Shown here: positions 19,445-29,952 of the stretch, piece after piece | Numbering within the stretch: the stretch's first letter is position 1 | How the letters are laid out: every line of letters begins with the position of its first letter | From: a virus | Taxonomy: Duplodnaviria > Caudoviricetes | IMG/VR virus record: IMGVR_UViG_3300014204_000188 | Coordinates: 2,002-66,001 of that record | Length of the DNA stretch: 64,000 bases | Direction: 5' to 3' (one strand) | Made by a program: the position numbers and the translations under genes | Notes under the pieces: generated by a model | What the model was told of the DNA's origin: nothing | The model's database searches: none | The model's input: the letters and a program-made list of their open reading frames with translations, nothing else

Positions 19445-19690
19445 ATGAAGACAAAAGAACAATTGCTTGCTATGAAAAATCAGATAGAAGCAGCAAAAAC
19501 AAAAGAAGCTGAAAAAAAAGGAAGTTTACATTATCAATTAACTCAACTTAAAGAACAATATGGATGCAATACAATACAAGAAGCTGAAAAAATGCTTGAT
19601 GAATTGGATTCAGAAAATAGGTCACTTCGACAACAGTTTGATAAAGGGGTACAAGAATTGGAAAAGAAATATGACCTCAAAGAGGAGTAA
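19445..19690 (+). CDS. coiled-coil protein (possible SbcC-associated segment)
   Basis: Heptad-rich 81 aa between sbcD and the SbcC C-half. Confidence 0.6.
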   Translation: MKTKEQLLAMKNQIEAAKTKEAEKKGSLHYQLTQLKEQYGCNTIQEAEKMLDELDSENRSLRQQFDKGVQELEKKYDLKEE

Positions 19691-19818
19691 ACGAAAGATT
19701 GTCAAACAGAAGAAAGAAGAAGCTGCCTTTGCAGAGGATTTGTTTCTTTTATCTTTAGGTCTGGCTGCCGCAGCTTATTTTGCAAAAGAAATGTCCAACC
19801 ATTTAAAAACATCTGAAG

Positions 19819-20448
19819 ATGCCCAATCTACAACAGTATCGAAAGTTTCTGGAACAACAGAAAGGTCAGAAAGCGCAGATTGAACAGAATATACATGATT
19901 ATGAAATCAATATAATTCAAAATAAACGATTTCTAAATCAACATAGACAAGCTGCAGCAATATTACGTGAAGCTGGATTAAAAACTCAACAGCTATTAAG
20001 TTTTCATATTTCAGAAATAACAACGTTAGCATTAGAAGCAGTTTTCGATAATCCATATTCCTTAGAAGTCAATTTCATTGAACGACGAAATAAATCAGAA
20101 TGTGATATTTCCTTTGTTCGAGATGGTTTTATATTTAAACCTATGGAAGATTCTGGTGGTGGACCTATTGATATAGCGTCTTTTGCTTTAAGAATTGCTT
20201 CTTGGAGTATGCAGGAACCCGTTTTAGACAATGTTATGATTCTTGATGAACCATTTAAACATTTAAAAGGTGAACAAGCCAATCTTAGAGTACTTGATAT
20301 GATTCATGAATTATCAAAAAAATTAAATTTACAAATTATCATGGTTAGTGATGAACGGGTAAGTCGAGAAGATATTGAAGACAAAGCTGATAGAGTTTTT
20401 GTAATTAAACTAAAACAAAAAGTATCAACGGTAACAGTAACCAAATGA
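19819..20448 (+). CDS. sbcC: SbcC/Rad50-like ATPase, C-terminal half
   Basis: Coiled coil, signature-like DSGGG, Walker B MILDEPF, QIIMVSD at the H-loop position. Confidence 0.82.
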   Translation: MPNLQQYRKFLEQQKGQKAQIEQNIHDYEINIIQNKRFLNQHRQAAAILREAGLKTQQLLSFHISEITTLALEAVFDNPYSLEVNFIERRNKSECDISFVRDGFIFKPMEDSGGGPIDIASFALRIASWSMQEPVLDNVMILDEPFKHLKGEQANLRVLDMIHELSKKLNLQIIMVSDERVSREDIEDKADRVFVIKLKQKVSTVTVTK

Positions 20449-20972
20449 AAAAATCATTTAATTCACCATTGGATATGATTGATAGTATGATTGTTGATCC
20501 TATCTTTAAACAAGAAGTAGATAAGATTATTGCAGATATTGTTTTACGACGTAAAACACGACCATTACCACCTAAAGGATATAAATATAAGACAGATATT
20601 TTTGATCGAATGATCTTTTTAAACATGCTTAATACCCAATTCTTTTTTGAACATGTTAAAGAAATAGTAAAGAAAGAATCCACATTAAGTAGTAAAATTC
20701 GTTCTATAATACAAGAAATATGTAGCATTGCAGTAAATAATACTATGAATTATTATACCAATCTACCCAAGCCAGTAGATACAGTAATGACCATGAAATA
20801 TACTTGTAAAAGATGTCGGGCTTATGATATACACAATTCATGTTCTTCTGCGTGTACTCTTGGATATGATCAGATTAACGGTATTCCCCAACAACCTTGC
20901 CCAAAACCTTTAACTATTGAACAATTGAATATTTCAAAAGAATACATTCATGAAAAAACACAAGAATTATAA
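20445..20972 (+). CDS. hypothetical protein with C-terminal Cys cluster
   Basis: CKRC..CSSAC..CPKP. Confidence 0.55.
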   Translation: MKKSFNSPLDMIDSMIVDPIFKQEVDKIIADIVLRRKTRPLPPKGYKYKTDIFDRMIFLNMLNTQFFFEHVKEIVKKESTLSSKIRSIIQEICSIAVNNTMNYYTNLPKPVDTVMTMKYTCKRCRAYDIHNSCSSACTLGYDQINGIPQQPCPKPLTIEQLNISKEYIHEKTQEL

Positions 20973-21228
20973 AGTAACCGATTTTATTGCATTAACATGT
21001 ATATTACTTACTTTATTGTTTTCTTCCTGCGGTGAAGATCCAATTGATGAGACAGGTTGTTGGGTTTGTGAAACTCATGAAACTGGAAAGAGACTTTCCG
21101 TAGAAATTATTTGTAATACTAATACCGAATTTTTAACAAAATATGTTATAGAAAGAACATGGATTAAAGATAGTATTGTTAGTAAAGATACTATTAAGAT
21201 AGAATCTAATTGTACTTGTTATAAGTAA
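20950..21228 (+). CDS. putative lipoprotein
   Basis: Basic N-terminus, hydrophobic core, lipobox-like FSSC followed by acidic GEDPIDE. Confidence 0.6.
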   Translation: MKKHKNYKVTDFIALTCILLTLLFSSCGEDPIDETGCWVCETHETGKRLSVEIICNTNTEFLTKYVIERTWIKDSIVSKDTIKIESNCTCYK

Positions 21229-21237
21229 AAATAAATT

Positions 21238-21725
21238 ATGAAAAATCTATCTTTCCCGGGTTTGGTTAAAAAATCATACAATGGAATTTCATTATATCTT
21301 GGTTTGAGAAAAACTCAAGATGAAATTAAACAAGAATTATTAAGAAATCCAATAGTAATTGAATATATGAGAACTGCATATATTGAAGGTGAAACACATA
21401 TATTATTTCCAAATAATTCAATGACTTTTGAAAGATTAATTAAATATTTAAAACATTAACTATGATGAGTTATTTAAACGGAAATAAAATAAAATATGTA
21501 TCTGGTGCTTGGTTTTATGAAGATAATAGTCATGTAAATTTGAACTCCATTAAACCATGTCCAAAATGTGGAAAAACTCCAACTTCAGAAGGGCATGATG
21601 CTTGTATTGGTAATCTTCCCGGAGTTAGTTATGCTTGTTGTGGACACGGTAATCATAGAGGTTATATTCAATTTACAAATGGTATTACAATTCGAGGAAA
21701 TTTTGAAATAGAATATCCAATATGA
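21238..21725 (+). CDS. two small hypothetical ORFs (21238-21459; 21462-21725 with CPKC..HDAC..CCGH)
   Basis: Tightly packed ORFs. Confidence 0.55.
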
Positions 21726-21728
21726 AAA

Positions 21729-22034
21729 ATGGAACAATATACAGCTACAGTAATTGCCTTAGATTCACTTCAATCTAAATTACATTTAGATGAATATGAA
21801 TTAGATATAATAGGCAATCATTTGTTCTGTATGTTTGCCGTGGGATTTGATTATGGAAAATGTTATGGTAAAAGTGCTAAACCTGTTGAACAATATAAAG
21901 ATCAGAAATTTATTCATTCTTATGATAGTTTTCATGATGCTGCAAAAGCCATGAAAGTAAATGAGAGAACCATTTCAAAAGCAGTAAACCATGGATATAA
22001 ATGTAAAGGATTTTATTGGAAACTAAAAAAATAA
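21729..22034 (+). CDS. NUMOD1-domain protein (no nuclease domain)
   Basis: VEQY....IHSYDSFHDAAKAMKVNERTISKAVN....CKGFYWK. Confidence 0.7.
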   Translation: MEQYTATVIALDSLQSKLHLDEYELDIIGNHLFCMFAVGFDYGKCYGKSAKPVEQYKDQKFIHSYDSFHDAAKAMKVNERTISKAVNHGYKCKGFYWKLKK

Positions 22035-23558
22035 ATGATATGAAAACCGCAATAACAACAATTACTACTGTACAAGTCGGAATAGACATGTATAGAGATA
22101 TTAAATCAACAAAAATATTTGATGATGATGCTACGATTGGAGAAATAAAGGATTGGATTATTGAATCAGAACAAATTAAAACACAAACCAAAGATCAAAT
22201 AGGGTTATCTGGTGTGATAATTTCAAATGTATTTGATTAATAATAAAAATGATAAGCCATGGGCAAAACGGTAAAAATAAACATTAACTTAGAAATAACT
22301 AATTCGGATATTTTTAAGTGGATTGAAAATTTTCTAACTGAAAGAAGCATCAAAGAGAATCATAGAATATTAATGACACATGAATTTACGAATGATTTGG
22401 CTGATTATTTAATTAATGAAATGAATAAAAAATTATTAAAATAATGAAAAAACTACTTATCCTCTTCATCTTTCTGCCTATATTGGCAGTTGGTCAAAAT
22501 GATGTGGAACGTATTGCAGCGACTAAAGCCAGTTGGGATGAACTTATTCAAGATATTAAATCAATGGGTGTTCATATTACAAATCCATCCATTTATGATA
22601 CTATCCCGGTAATCATGTTGGTATGTGATACCAGCAGGCAAGATTCTGGATTTAGGACAGTGACTTTATATCAAGATACAAATTGTGATTTAATTTTTCA
22701 CCACATATCTGATTCGATACTCACCGATTTATTACTCAGATCTTCTATTGGAAAATCAAAACCAGTAAAATCATGGGATATTATCTATCAGTACGACTAT
22801 ACGGTTTTCTGGATGAAAGGATATGAGGTTGTAATAAGCGGGTTAGGTGAAAATGGTTTATTAACTCGTGAAGAACTTTTTAACACTTTCATTTATCTCA
22901 ATGAAAACAAACAGCCGGTGAAATATCTGGTGTGGATGAGTAAGGAGGTAAAACAATGGGATTAGGAGTAATGGTAGAATGTGATTGGTGCCAAGAATTT
23001 GAAATGTCTTACCACCAAAAAACAGCATCAGCATTAAGAAGATGGCTAAATAAAAACGATTCGTGGAAAACGGTTAGAACTGGAAATAAAGTAACTCTTG
23101 ATTTTTGTTGTCAAAAGTGTTACGAGAATTGGAAGGATGATCAAACTAAACAAAAAACACTAAAAAACGAAGATAAGCCATGAATAATATATTTAGATTT
23201 TTGTTAAAATGGATTGTCCCTATTGGGTTTGTTAAAATTATAGCTAACGATAAAATATTTACGTTGGATGAAATTGAAAAGCAAACATACTGGAGATTAT
23301 CCGACAGTAAAAAACACAAAGGGGCTGAAATATTAATTAGAAGATCGTAATTAAAACCATTAAAACAATTGAGCCATGAGCGAAGAAAGAAATGCCTTTC
23401 TTGAATACAAGCGAATATATAATATGTTATATCCGTTTTGCAAAGACGAAAAGTCAACACACGAGTGTGTTATAAAGACGGTTATTGAGATCAAAAATAA
23501 CTGTCATAGTTACGATAAACAATATTGGAATTTGGTACTTAAACAAGCAAAACCATGA
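22016..23558 (+). CDS. run of small hypothetical ORFs (22016-22240, 22259-22444, 22444-22965 with signal peptide, 22956-23183, 23376-23558)
   Basis: Abutting ORFs; 22444 begins MKKLLILFIFLPILAVGQ. Confidence 0.5.
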
Positions 23559-23923
23559 GTAAAATTATCTCAATTAAACCCGGATTATATTGTTTGTTTT
23601 ACGAGCATTTAAAACTAATTGCTAAAGAATACGGGTATAATTTACTCGTTAACGGTAGTATGAACCGTGATTTAGATTTAGTTGCTGTTCCTTGGATAGA
23701 TAAACCTCGGCCAGAGCAAGAGATGATACGTGATTTTTATGAATATCTGACAGGAATGGTATCTGAAAGGCCAGATAAAAGTATTCCATTCACCATACTT
23801 CCCGGTAACCGTCATGGATATGTTATTGACTTAAACCGAGGCGACAAAAGGGGTGAATGGGTACGATTTGCCGATGAGGAATATTATTTAGACATTTCAG
23901 TAATACAAATAATAAAACCATGA
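23555..23923 (+). CDS. Pol-beta-superfamily nucleotidyltransferase-like protein
   Basis: LLVNGSMNRDLDLVAVP resembles the hGS..DxD motif. Confidence 0.45.
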   Translation: MSKIISIKPGLYCLFYEHLKLIAKEYGYNLLVNGSMNRDLDLVAVPWIDKPRPEQEMIRDFYEYLTGMVSERPDKSIPFTILPGNRHGYVIDLNRGDKRGEWVRFADEEYYLDISVIQIIKP

Positions 23924-24540
23924 GTAAAACAATTCAATCCCTCCGGATCGGAGATTTAGTCTATGTTCCGACTGTTAATGAAATTCTAAGTTATCCAGTT
24001 GAAAGACTGGAATTAGAGGACAATGATAAGATGAGAATTAAAGGAGCTGTAAGCATTGTAAGTACTGATAATTATTGCCTTCCCAATAAATTACAAACCA
24101 CCTGGAATTCTGAATCTGGTCGTACTGTGTGTGTTAACCTGGACGAAGCCTTAATTATCCAGCATCAGATGCGAGTAGAAGCTCTCCAGGTTATTATTGC
24201 AGATTTGAATAAAAAGGTGGGCACCTTAACCAATAAAATGTTAGAATGGTTTACTCCTAAACTACCAGAAGAAGATGAGGGGAAAAATGAAATCACAAAT
24301 GAATAGTATAAACTTAATATTAACCATTTAAATTAATAAATTATGATAGGTGGATATGACTCGCACGGAATTTATTATCCGAACGTAACCGATGGGATAA
24401 ACGCTGAGATAAACGGTGAGATAAACGGTGAGATATCGTATGAACAGCAACGATCTTCAAATGACGAAGAAATTCATCGTTTATGGAGTAAAATACAGGA
24501 ACTTGAAGAACGTATTGCAATTTTGGAACACAAAATTTAA
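23920..24540 (+). CDS. two hypothetical ORFs (23920-24306; 24343-24540)
   Basis: ORF track; last genes before the convergent terminator. Confidence 0.55.
24396..24435 (+). repeat. 12-bp tandem repeat gataaacg(c/g)tga x3.3
   Basis: Encodes INAE-INGE-INGE-I in ORF 24343. Confidence 0.85.
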
Positions 24541-24651
24541 TAATATGGAACTACATTAACCTATAAACATCAAAAGTCAATGAAAGTTGAACTGGAAGTA
24601 AAAGCCCGAAAACTTAAAGAACTTCAAAAAAGAATACAAATACGATCTAAT

Positions 24652-24689
24652 AAAAAAGCGGGAAGCATCCTCATAAAATGCATTCCCGC
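24652..24689 (-). terminator. rho-independent terminator of the structural/lysis operon
   Basis: GCGGGAATGCAT/ATGCTTCCCGC hairpin followed by T6 on the - strand, 25 nt past the endolysin stop. Confidence 0.8.
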
Positions 24690-24714
24690 CTAAACACCAC
24701 CTTTCAGAAAGCAA

Positions 24715-25128
24715 CTAAATTAATTCATGATGTCCCGTATCTTGAAATTTTTGATCAGTTAACAATTCTCCATCATTATCCCAGTTTGCTCCCCACCGGA
24801 TTGAATATCCAAGTTCTATAGCAATACTACGGAATAATCCAGCTAAATAAGCCATATAAACTAATTCCCAATTTTCTTTTCCATTAACCCATGCATATAC
24901 ATCAATGGCAATGGAGGGATTAGTCTGATGTTTACTTTTGTTAACAACTCCATCTTTTTCAGATTTACCGGCGGCATAAACAGCTTGTTGTTCAGCATCT
25001 GATCTATGACCACAGGCAATCCCAAAATCAATGACAGATCGTTGAATTGCTAATCTCATTATTTTTTGCCAACGATAATCGCAAGTCAACAATCGGGCTT
25101 CGGAAGTTCTGCTAAATCGGTAATACAT
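24715..25128 (-). CDS. endolysin, M15 L-Ala-D-Glu peptidase-like
   Basis: GHRSDAEQ, SKH, AIDV, WGANW, DTGHHEL. Confidence 0.88.
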   Translation of the reverse strand: MYYRFSRTSEARLLTCDYRWQKIMRLAIQRSVIDFGIACGHRSDAEQQAVYAAGKSEKDGVVNKSKHQTNPSIAIDVYAWVNGKENWELVYMAYLAGLFRSIAIELGYSIRWGANWDNDGELLTDQKFQDTGHHELI

Positions 25129-26121
25129 TTATTCTGAAGTAACGGCATCCTTTTTTGCCTTAATTAATTCGTATATTATCCCGACTAAATCCATGCCCAA
25201 AACTAAAATGGTATCTACATTACCATCAATTAAAGCGTCAAAAAATTCACGACATTTTGCCGTTAATTCTGCCGGTACTTTATTTTCTGCCAAATTATCA
25301 TCGGCATACAAAAAGATAGCTTTAATAGCTAATACAATGAATAAAACCATCATTGGTTTTTGATCTTTCAAGAGGTCTTTCACTTTTGCGATAGCCCATT
25401 CTTGTGTTTTAGAGGAGAAAAATCCTTTGTCCATAATAATAAGAATTTAAAAATGATTAATAAATAAAAAAATTACTTTGTCGTTTCTTTTTCCGGATTA
25501 TATGTAGGAGGAACTTTTGTAGGATTAAATGTATATGTGGTTAATTCCTTGCCCAAAGCTAATAATAAATTTACTCCCAATACTAACAACCCTTTTACCA
25601 AAATAGATGGAATAGGTAATGTTACAAGAGTTGCAGAAACAATTGGCATAGCCCAAACTAATCCCTTTCCTACTTTTTTCCAAAAAGGGGGAGTTGGCTT
25701 TCCTTTGTTTTCCTTTTTAAAGCTGGTTTTATTTCCATTTATATTCATTAGTACCTCCTCTCTCTGTTAGTTTACGATCTTTCATAATTAAATCCAATTG
25801 TCTTTGTAATTCACTTTTACTTGATTCAATATTATTTTTCAACTCCATTTTATCTTCACTGGCCTTTGCTTTAATATCAGAGATTTGAGTGTTAAATACT
25901 TCATACATTAAAGTCTGAGTATCTGAAACTGATTTTAAAGCAGTAACAGCTTTTGAAGATTCTCGGGAAGTTGAAAATCCTTGGGCAATCACAATTCCCC
26001 CAACAGTTACTATAATCCCAACGGATACTTTAATAATTACCATCACATTATGTGAAGTTTTTTTCATTTTATTATATAAAGCTTCCATTTTTTGTAAGAA
26101 TTCAATTTCATGTTCACTCAT
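25129..26121 (-). CDS. three lysis-region membrane/holin-like ORFs (25129-25434, 25473-25748, 25729-26121)
   Basis: Hydrophobic segments, small size, directly upstream of the endolysin. Confidence 0.5.
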
Positions 26122-26140
26122 GGCTTATAAAATTAATAAG

Positions 26141-26533
26141 TTAATATTTTTTTCGTTCTGCTCTAATGGTTTTCCATTGGTTAAATTCATTAGAAGCATT
26201 CTTTAGTAAATCTACTTTGTATTGCAATTGTTCAATTCGTTTAATCATTTCTGCCGTGGAAATAGTTGTATCCGCAACCAAGGTTACTTGTTTTATTATT
26301 TCTGCTTTTAATTCAATTTGTTTTTCTTTATAATACCTAAAGGTACTATCAATTTCTTTAAAATACATTATTTTACCGTTAATTACCGTATCTGGAATAA
26401 ATTGAATTACTGTGATTTTTCCACGTTGAGTTTTCCCGGTTCCTGTAACTTTTTCAAGTTTAACAGAATGTTCCTGTGCAAATGTAGTAGCACAAAGAAA
26501 AATTGATAAGATTACAAATAATATTTTTTTCAT
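26141..26533 (-). CDS. secreted-type coiled-coil protein
   Basis: Signal peptide MKKILFVILSIFLCATTFA-QE. Confidence 0.65.
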   Translation of the reverse strand: MKKILFVILSIFLCATTFAQEHSVKLEKVTGTGKTQRGKITVIQFIPDTVINGKIMYFKEIDSTFRYYKEKQIELKAEIIKQVTLVADTTISTAEMIKRIEQLQYKVDLLKNASNEFNQWKTIRAERKKY

Positions 26534-26545
26534 AATATGTTTTAT

Positions 26546-28729
26546 TTAAGGAGTTATTATCCATCCAGTAGTATTACTTCCAGTACTATGAGTAGCGTAC
26601 CAATTCCATGAATATCCAATTCGATTGAATGTTTTTATTGAAGAATAAGGAATTCCATTTGCTTTATTTACATTTGCAAATAATTTTTTATTGATTGATT
26701 TTGCTCCAAAATATCCTTTTACATCAGAATCTGTTATTGTCATATAATCACAAGTTACGTCTCCTGGAATGTTTTTAATAAAATGATGTTTAGAACCTGC
26801 AGTAACTGATTTTAAAGTAATTCCAGATCCAGATTCTCCTGTAGCTGTAAAATTATCAACTACCCAAGTATCTGTGGATCTAATTCGTACTTTTCTACCT
26901 TTTTCAATACTAAAAGAATAACAAGAATCTACATAATTTGTAGTAGTCCCCCCTCCTATATTTACATCAATAGTTCCCGAATGGTTTCCACCACAAACAA
27001 AATTATAAAATTTTCTAACTCCTTGATATTGTGAAGTTACGGCATTCGCCCCGGAAACTGGAGCAATTACAAAAGTAGAAGTACCAAAATTATGAGTACC
27101 TGTTGTCCCGCTACTTAATACCACTCCAGATATTCCAGTAACTGTAATAGTACTATTATTCCATTGAATATTTCGGGAACCTGCATTAGATACCGCAGCA
27201 GCAGAACAAGTAATATTATAACCGTTTGAATCAAAATTTCTACCATATTGCATCAAAAATCCATTATTCATAACTACATTAGATAATAATTCTGCGTCTT
27301 GTATAGATCCAGAATTAACTCCTTCAATTGTTACATTGTAATAATTACCCAAACCAAAATACATATTCAAAGTACCTTCTTTATGTAATACTAAAGAATA
27401 ATACTTTGAATAACTTTGAGTAATTTGGCCGTTTAATAAGTAATTTCCAAATACTTTTAAATTAATATTTTCAGTATTACATAGATTAACATACCAACTA
27501 AGAGTCTGATCTACAGCTGAAAAATCAATATCTGTTCCTAACAAAGGCATATCAATAGTTATAGTAGAAGTCCCATCAAAAGAATCTCCATCTCCAATAG
27601 CATTATCTTGTGGTAAAGGAACTCTGCCCGCTCCTCCGGTCCCATTTGGACCCAAGAACCATTTACCTGCATTACTCCATGATCCACTGCCCTCATGCCA
27701 ATAATTGGTTTGTCCGGCTACAAAAGTAATTCCAGAATTATCCCCGGCATTACCACATAATTCTGCAGTTAAATCCCAATCCCCAGTTCCTGCTCCAGTA
27801 ATACTTTCAAAATCAGCATATTGTATAGATACATTTGCTGCCGTTATTGTTCTATTCGTTCCAAATATGGATGAAAATAAAAACCATCTGGCATAAGTAT
27901 CATTATATCCAACCACTGTAAAATTATTAGTTATGGTCATACCTATTGCCAATTGTAATCCCTGAGAACAAGTATTAGTCCCAGTACATAATACATCATA
28001 AAATGTAGTTACCCCAGTACCTCCATAAATACAGTATCCCGTAGTAGCGGGTTTAAATTCAACAACTGAAGTATTTGGATTAAAAGTAAATCCTGTAGGG
28101 GCATTGTTGTACCATGATACCAAAGTAATGGTATTATCAGATACTACTAATGATTTAGTCCCCGTTTGCGTCATTATTGAAGCAAACTGACAATTAAAAC
28201 CATTAGTATCAAATGTTCCATTATATAGATATATTATAGTATTTACCCACGTTGGGGAATCCCCCAAAGTTACAGTAATTCCAGAACCATTAATCTGTAA
28301 ATATGATCCACATTGCTGTGAAGAATTAGAAGTAATAACACTATTAGCGTTAACTAATACATAAGATACTGAAAGATAAAAATTAGAACAACATGTAATA
28401 TTTCCAGAAACAGTTAAAGTAGAATAACCATCTATTCTACATCCTGTATCATCTACAGTTGAAGCATTAAGGGATTTACAATATGCTGTAGAATTTACAG
28501 AACACCGTTGACCTGAACCATTAAAACTTGCAGCCGTAAAATAAACATCCATTGTAGCATCCGGAACACTGGAACCTCCAGCTCCTCCATCACTTGTGGA
28601 CCAATGATTTATATCTGACCAAAGTCCTGTACCTGTGGGAGTAGCTCCTGAAACTACCCAATATCTACTTACTGAATATCCTTCAATATTTATTAAAAAC
28701 AAACAAAATATAAATATCAATTTTTTCAT
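26546..28729 (-). CDS. signal-peptide beta-solenoid/adhesin-like protein, 727 aa
   Basis: MKKLIFIFCLFLINIEGYS; duplicated YW..G.G.WS...W...GG.G..VP module; Thr/Asn/Gly rich. Confidence 0.65.
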   Translation of the reverse strand: MKKLIFIFCLFLINIEGYSVSRYWVVSGATPTGTGLWSDINHWSTSDGGAGGSSVPDATMDVYFTAASFNGSGQRCSVNSTAYCKSLNASTVDDTGCRIDGYSTLTVSGNITCCSNFYLSVSYVLVNANSVITSNSSQQCGSYLQINGSGITVTLGDSPTWVNTIIYLYNGTFDTNGFNCQFASIMTQTGTKSLVVSDNTITLVSWYNNAPTGFTFNPNTSVVEFKPATTGYCIYGGTGVTTFYDVLCTGTNTCSQGLQLAIGMTITNNFTVVGYNDTYARWFLFSSIFGTNRTITAANVSIQYADFESITGAGTGDWDLTAELCGNAGDNSGITFVAGQTNYWHEGSGSWSNAGKWFLGPNGTGGAGRVPLPQDNAIGDGDSFDGTSTITIDMPLLGTDIDFSAVDQTLSWYVNLCNTENINLKVFGNYLLNGQITQSYSKYYSLVLHKEGTLNMYFGLGNYYNVTIEGVNSGSIQDAELLSNVVMNNGFLMQYGRNFDSNGYNITCSAAAVSNAGSRNIQWNNSTITVTGISGVVLSSGTTGTHNFGTSTFVIAPVSGANAVTSQYQGVRKFYNFVCGGNHSGTIDVNIGGGTTTNYVDSCYSFSIEKGRKVRIRSTDTWVVDNFTATGESGSGITLKSVTAGSKHHFIKNIPGDVTCDYMTITDSDVKGYFGAKSINKKLFANVNKANGIPYSSIKTFNRIGYSWNWYATHSTGSNTTGWIITP

Positions 28730-28731
28730 TT

Positions 28732-29952
28732 CTATTTAATTTCTGCATTAGCAAGTTCTGGTTTAAACAATATAATATGAGCAGCAATTGCCATACCCAT
28801 ATATTGGGATACCGCATTCACTGCTACCGGAATAGTAGCAGTTACCGCTCCCCCGATACCACTTAAATATAAAGGATTCCCGGCAGTAAAACTATATCTA
28901 TCATCATCACGTATTAATCCATAAATCAACCATAATACAGCATCCCCATCATTTCCGGATCCTAAAGCAACAAAAGTTCCACATGATGTAGAATAAGCAT
29001 CTCCATCAGTTAATAAAACTTTTCCTCCCGATCCTAAATATCCTACTTGTCCAAAAGCTACTGTTTCACCGGCTGGTAATGAAATAGTTACTCCAGACCA
29101 TCCATGATCCGTTCCTGGAGCAGTTAAATTTATATTTGCTTGATTTAATATTCCTGAATGTAAAGTAGCAGTTCCATCACTTATAATATCCCCAGCAGTT
29201 GCTGGAGTTAAAGTGGTAGAAGTGCGTTGCCAATACTGAGGAGGAGAAGAAGCCGTAAATGAAATTATATGATCTCCAGATATATCCATAGTCATATTAG
29301 CCCCTTCTAACAATAAAACAGAATCTTTACTTCCATCAGAACCCAATATTTTTACATATGCTCCATTAGCAGCTTCAATTACTTGCATTGTATAAGTGGC
29401 TCCGCTTCCACCCGCAGCCGCATTAAACGTCATTGTATTAGCATCCGTACGTACTATGCTGGTCATATTAGTTCCCGCTGCTAATTTTACGGAATCTTTA
29501 CTTCCATCAGAACCCAATATTTTTACATATGCTCCACCAACTCCTGTTTCCACAGAAAGTGTATAAGTAGCCCCCGCTGAGGTACTTGAAATAGTAATAG
29601 AATCAGGTTTTGCAATAGTAATTGAAATATTATCTCCTTCTTCAAGAAATATAGAATCTTTACTTCCATCATCGGCACTAATCTTAATCCAACTTCCATT
29701 AGGATCCGCTACTACTTCCAAATTAGCCAATATTTGAGTTAATAATTTACGACTTAATTCGGTACTATCTATTACATACATATCATGATTTCGTTCATAC
29801 AATCGAAGTCCATTGTTTGGAGCCGATGGAATAACAGAATTATGTTTAAATTCTGTAAACTTTTCCAAAAATATCTTAGAAAAATTACTATTCTGAGAAT
29901 AACCAGACCCTACACATAACAATAAAAATATAAACAATATTATTTTTTTCAT
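28732..29952 (-). CDS. signal-peptide fibre-like protein with internal repeats, 406 aa
   Basis: MKKIILFIFLLLCVGSGYS-Q; three (G)DGSKDS repeats; C-terminus similar to phage fibre modules. Confidence 0.6.
   Translation of the reverse strand: MKKIILFIFLLLCVGSGYSQNSNFSKIFLEKFTEFKHNSVIPSAPNNGLRLYERNHDMYVIDSTELSRKLLTQILANLEVVADPNGSWIKISADDGSKDSIFLEEGDNISITIAKPDSITISSTSAGATYTLSVETGVGGAYVKILGSDGSKDSVKLAAGTNMTSIVRTDANTMTFNAAAGGSGATYTMQVIEAANGAYVKILGSDGSKDSVLLLEGANMTMDISGDHIISFTASSPPQYWQRTSTTLTPATAGDIISDGTATLHSGILNQANINLTAPGTDHGWSGVTISLPAGETVAFGQVGYLGSGGKVLLTDGDAYSTSCGTFVALGSGNDGDAVLWLIYGLIRDDDRYSFTAGNPLYLSGIGGAVTATIPVAVNAVSQYMGMAIAAHIILFKPELANAEIK
29321..29672. repeat. internal repeats of the 406-aa gene
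   Basis: 45-bp identical copies at 29321-29365 and 29492-29536; a third partial copy near 29655. Confidence 0.85.

Noticed and set aside
13815-29672. CRISPR array from repeated sequences
   Set aside because: The repeats at 13815, 24396 and 29321 are in-frame intragenic repeats without unique spacers; no cas genes.
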